From: Macrostomum hystrix
Taxonomy: Eukaryota > Animalia > Platyhelminthes
NCBI GenBank assembly: GCA_950097015.1
Contig: CATNEN010000025.1
Span: forward strand, 7,750,001 to 7,814,000
DNA: 64,000 nucleotides
Reading direction: 5' to 3'
A model generated the notes under the pieces. The model saw only the letters and a list, made by a program, of their open reading frames with translations, ran no database searches and was not told the origin of the DNA. The position numbers and the translations under genes are program-made. Positions 60,590 to 64,000 of this stretch are shown here, one piece after another. The number at the start of each line of letters is the position of its first letter. Position 1 is the stretch's first letter.

Positions 60590-62050
60590 CTTGAGATTCC
60601 CATCTCATATCCTGAGATTCTCATCTCATATCCTGAGATTCCCATCTCATATCCTGCGATTCCCATCTCATATCCTGAGATTCTCATCTCATATCCTGAG
60701 ATTCTCATCTCATATCCTAAGATTCTCATTTCATATCCTGAGATTCTCATCTCATATCCTGAGTTCAGATCTTATATCCTGAGATTCTCATCTCATATCC
60801 TGAGATTCTCATCTCATATCCTGCGATTCCCATCTCATATCCTGAGATTCTCATCTCATATCCTGAGATTCCCATCTTATATCCTGCGATTCCCATCTCA
60901 TATCCTGAGATTCTCATCTCATATCCTAAGATTCTCATCTCATATCCTGAGATTCTCATCTCATATCCTGAGATTCTCATCTCATATCCTGAGTTCAGAT
61001 CTTATATCCTGAGATTCTCATCTCATATCCTGAGATTCCCATCTCATATCCTGCGATTCCCATCTCATATCCTAAAATTCTCATCTCATATCCTGAGATT
61101 CTCATCTCATATCCTGAGATTCATTCTTATATCCTGAGATTCAGATCTCATATCCTGGAATTCTTATCTCAAATCCTGGAATTCTTATCTCAAATCCTGG
61201 AATTTCTTATCTTATATCCTGGAATTCTTATCTCATATCCTGGAATTCTTATCTCAAATCCTGGAATTCTTATCTCAAATCCTGAGATTCTCATCTCAAA
61301 TCCTGGAATTTTTATCTCAAATCCTGGAATTCTTATCTCAAATCCTGGAATTCTTATCTCATATCCTGGAATTCTTATCTCATATCCTGGAATTCTTATC
61401 TCAAATCCTGGAATTCTTATCTAAAATCCTGGAATTCTTATCTCAAATCCTGGAATTCTTATCTCAAATCCTGGAATTCTTATCTCAAATCCTGAGATTC
61501 TCATCTCAAATCCTGGAATTCTTATCTCAAATCCTGAGATTCTCATCTCATATCCTGAGATTCAGATCTTATATCCTGAGATTCAGATCTTATACCCTGA
61601 GATTCCCATCTCATCTCCTGAGATTCAGATCTTATATCCTGAGATTCCCATCTCATATCCTGAGATTCAGATCTTATACCCTGAGATTCCCATCTCATCT
61701 CCTGAGATTCAGATCTTATATCCTGAGATTCCCATCTCATCTCCTAAGATTCAGATCTTATATCCTGAGATTCAGATCTCATATTCTGAGATTCTCATGA
61801 TTTTCACATCATAATATTCTTATCTCAAATCCTGGAATTCTTATCTCAAATCCTGGAATTCTTATCTCCAATCCTGGAATTCTTATCTCAAATCCTGGAA
61901 TTCTTATCTCAAATCCTGGAATTCTTATCTCCAATCCTGGAATTCTTACTCAAATCCTGGAATTCTTATCTCAAATCCTGGAATTCTTATCTCCAATCCT
62001 GGAATTCTTATCTCCAATCCTGGAATTCTTATCTCCAATCCTGGAATTCT
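60590..62050 (+). repeat. Alternating A-B-A-B blocks of two related 21-bp minisatellites
   Basis: A: CTCATCTCATATCCTGAGATT; B: TTCTTATCTCAAATCCTGGAA. Confidence 0.93.
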
Positions 62051-62597
62051 CCGCCCAAAAGAAAGAAAGAGATCGAGTTGCATGTGTTACTTCATGTAAC
62101 GAAGGAAAAATCGTAAAAATGTATAACCAATCAATTGAAAACTTTTTTACTGTCTTAGAAAAGCCATGAATTTCTCTAGCTAGGATCTAGATGATGTTCG
62201 CTTCAGAAGTTCATGCAGAAAAAAAACATTTTAAAACGAAATCATGTCTGAGAAACTTGATTGCACAAATTTGCACTATACCGAACCCTGGATAAAAAAT
62301 ACTGTACGTAGGCATAGTAAACGGCTGGATAACCAATAGTTCTTTAAAAATCATTTGTACTTTTTAAGACTAATTTAGCAGTAAAAATATGAGCGACGAG
62401 CCAGGTAAGAAAAAGAATATAAAATTATGCACCTGAATTTTTCAATTTCTCATGGAAGCTCCGAACACGTTTGGCGAAAGTCTAAGATGATAGAATTTAG
62501 ATGTGGTTGGCAAATTGGTTGCTTTATTGGTTGCGAGCGGCCCCTAATTGATTTAGTAAGTCGACTAATTGATTTACTAGTGCCGCTTAGCTTTACT

Positions 62598-62758
62598 TGT
62601 GTCGCCTAATTGCCTTGGTGTGTCGCCTAATTGCTTTGGTGTGTCGCCTAATTGCTTTGGTGTGGCTCCTAATTGCCTTGGTGTGTCGCCTAATTGCCTT
62701 GGTGTGTCGCCTAATTGCTTTAGTGTGGCGCCTATCTGCTTAGGTATGGCGCCTAATT
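62598..62758 (+). repeat. 21-bp minisatellite (GCCTAATTGCCTTGGTGTGTC) about 100 bp past the PXK/Slob stop
   Basis: About 7-8 copies. Confidence 0.9.
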
Positions 62759-62856
62759 GGCTACATGAACGCGTGTTTCACTAAACAGAAAAATTGCCGA
62801 CTATGAGATCTGAATGCAAAGTTTCCAAAATAAGTTCTCCCAAAAAAGCCAGTAGA

Positions 62857-63393
62857 TCACACTCTGGGCGCGCTTCTGTCTTTTGTGATGTGGCCGACTT
62901 TGCGTAGGCTGGCGCCTCTGCGAATGTCCGACAGGAGGGCGCCCCGACCGGCTGGAGCTGACGTCGGCGGAGGCGGCGGTGGAGGTGGTGGCGGAGGCGG
63001 CGGAGGCGGCGGAGGCGGCGGTGGAGGGGGCGGAGGCGGAGGCGGCGGAGGTTGCAGCTGCCGGGTTGGTGTTTCGTCGACGCGGGTCACGGCATGAGGT
63101 TCGGCCGGAGTGATTCGCTGAGACTGCGCAAACGAGGCCGTTGAAGCGCCGCGTCTGGGCAGTCGCTTTCTGACTCGTTTGATAAACGACGAAATCACGG
63201 CGGTGGAAGATGCCGCGTCAGCTGGTGGCGGCTGGGCCGTTATTGAGGCCGGAAATTCAACCAGACAGCCAGAGAAGAAGGCGTGATCGGCGATGGCGCC
63301 CAGCTCAGGCACGGAGCCGAACGGCAGTCGATCGAAGATGAAGTTCAGCAGGTCCAACAGCGGCTGGCATTTGCGGCCCTTGGCTGAGAGGAT
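62857..63393 (-). CDS. PXK: PXK/Slob-family pseudokinase, last exon (end of kinase-like fold, 29-Pro run, WH2)
   Basis: Acceptor CTCTCAG|ATC. Contains QPLLDLLNFIF and AIADHAFFS. C-terminal GRGALLSDIRRGASLRKV..TKDRSAPRV* is a WH2 motif of WIP/PXK type. Confidence 0.82.
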   Translation of the reverse strand: MLSAKGRKCQPLLDLLNFIFDRLPFGSVPELGAIADHAFFSGCLVEFPASITAQPPPADAASSTAVISSFIKRVRKRLPRRGASTASFAQSQRITPAEPHAVTRVDETPTRQLQPPPPPPPPPPPPPPPPPPPPPPPPPPPPPTSAPAGRGALLSDIRRGASLRKVGHITKDRSAPRV

Positions 63394-63439
63394 CTGAGAG
63401 TTGGACATGGGTTGCTGCGCTCGGACTTTGTGCATAGTC

Positions 63440-63630
63440 TACGACACACAACTGTCTACTGCCTACCAGACACTGCTGTCTACTGCCTACCAGACACTAC
63501 TGTCTACTGCCTACCAGACACTACTGTCTACTGTCTACAAGAGACAACTGTCTACTGCCTACCAGACACTACTGTCTACTGTCTACCAGAATATCTACTG
63601 CCTACCAGACACAACTTTCTACTGTCTACA
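63440..63630 (+). repeat. 24-bp minisatellite filling the PXK/Slob intron
   Basis: Unit ACTACTGTCTACTGCCTACCAGAC. Confidence 0.92.
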
Positions 63631-63641
63631 AGGCAACCCAC

Positions 63642-64000
63642 CTGAAACTCCACCGGCGTCGGCGCCATGCCGGCCAGCTCGAAGCCGGTGGCCATCTCGA
63701 ACAGCAGTTGGCCGAGGCCCAGTGAGTCTGCCAGGTGGCTTCGGCGGCCCCCGGCCGGAAGTAGGCGGCGCAGCTCCGGCCACCGTGGCGGCAGCTGGCC
63801 AGTCAGCAGGCTCTCCATACCGCCAAGTACGGCTCCGGAGTTGCCTAGCAACACGTTGCCAGCGTGTACAAAGCCGTGAGGCCGCAGTCCGGAGCTGTGC
63901 AAGTGAAGCAGGGCGCGGAGGACTCGAACGGACCAGGCGTGCAGCTTGCGCAACGGGACCGGGCGGCGACGGCGGGCTACCTTTGTCTGGTGCGGGTACA
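63642..64000 (-). CDS. PXK: PXK/Slob-family pseudokinase exon (continues beyond the window)
   Basis: Translates RVLRALLHLHSSGLRPHGFVHAGNVLL...GMESLLTG...DSLGLGQLLFEMATG, matching Slob/PXK HGHLHSGNV..L.GLEN.LLG..D..CFGHLLYEM. Donor TTTCAG|GTGGGT, phase 0. Confidence 0.82.

Overview
Eukaryotic (metazoan) genomic DNA with spliced genes, GC- and Ala-rich exons and AT-rich spacers. The introns are packed with 7-46 bp minisatellites. This style suggests a free-living flatworm such as Macrostomum (inference, not verified). Protein-coding genes reconstructed by hand from splice sites and homology: a PKA regulatory-subunit-like gene (+, 916-3426), a TTC28 homologue (-, 4760-19049, possibly starting at an orphan exon at 32356-32898), a DUF1647-type type II membrane protein (+, 39002-40362), Golgi endo-alpha-1,2-mannosidase MANEA/GH99 (+, 43691-45341), a HIPK kinase (+, 48338-~56227), and the 3' end of a PXK/Slob pseudokinase with polyproline and WH2 (-, 62857->64000). 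Also present: a degenerate Crypton/DUF3504 tyrosine-recombinase relic at the left edge, two tRNA-derived SINE families, about 30 minisatellite arrays (one of 10 kb), and a tandem ~0.9 kb duplication carrying CCCTAAA-based arrays. Almost all long ORFs in the supplied track are artefacts of stop-free tandem repeats. Most interesting observations: (1) MANEA has no ATG before its membrane anchor and fits initiation on the 3'-terminal AUG of a flatworm spliced leader; (2) five separate arrays share an AGATCCTCAG-type core, always in the sense orientation and resembling real 3' splice junctions in the window; (3) arrays begin or end at splice sites; (4) four perfect CRE sites spaced 21 bp apart in a HIPK intron; (5) single +1 frameshifts in TTC28 and MANEA.
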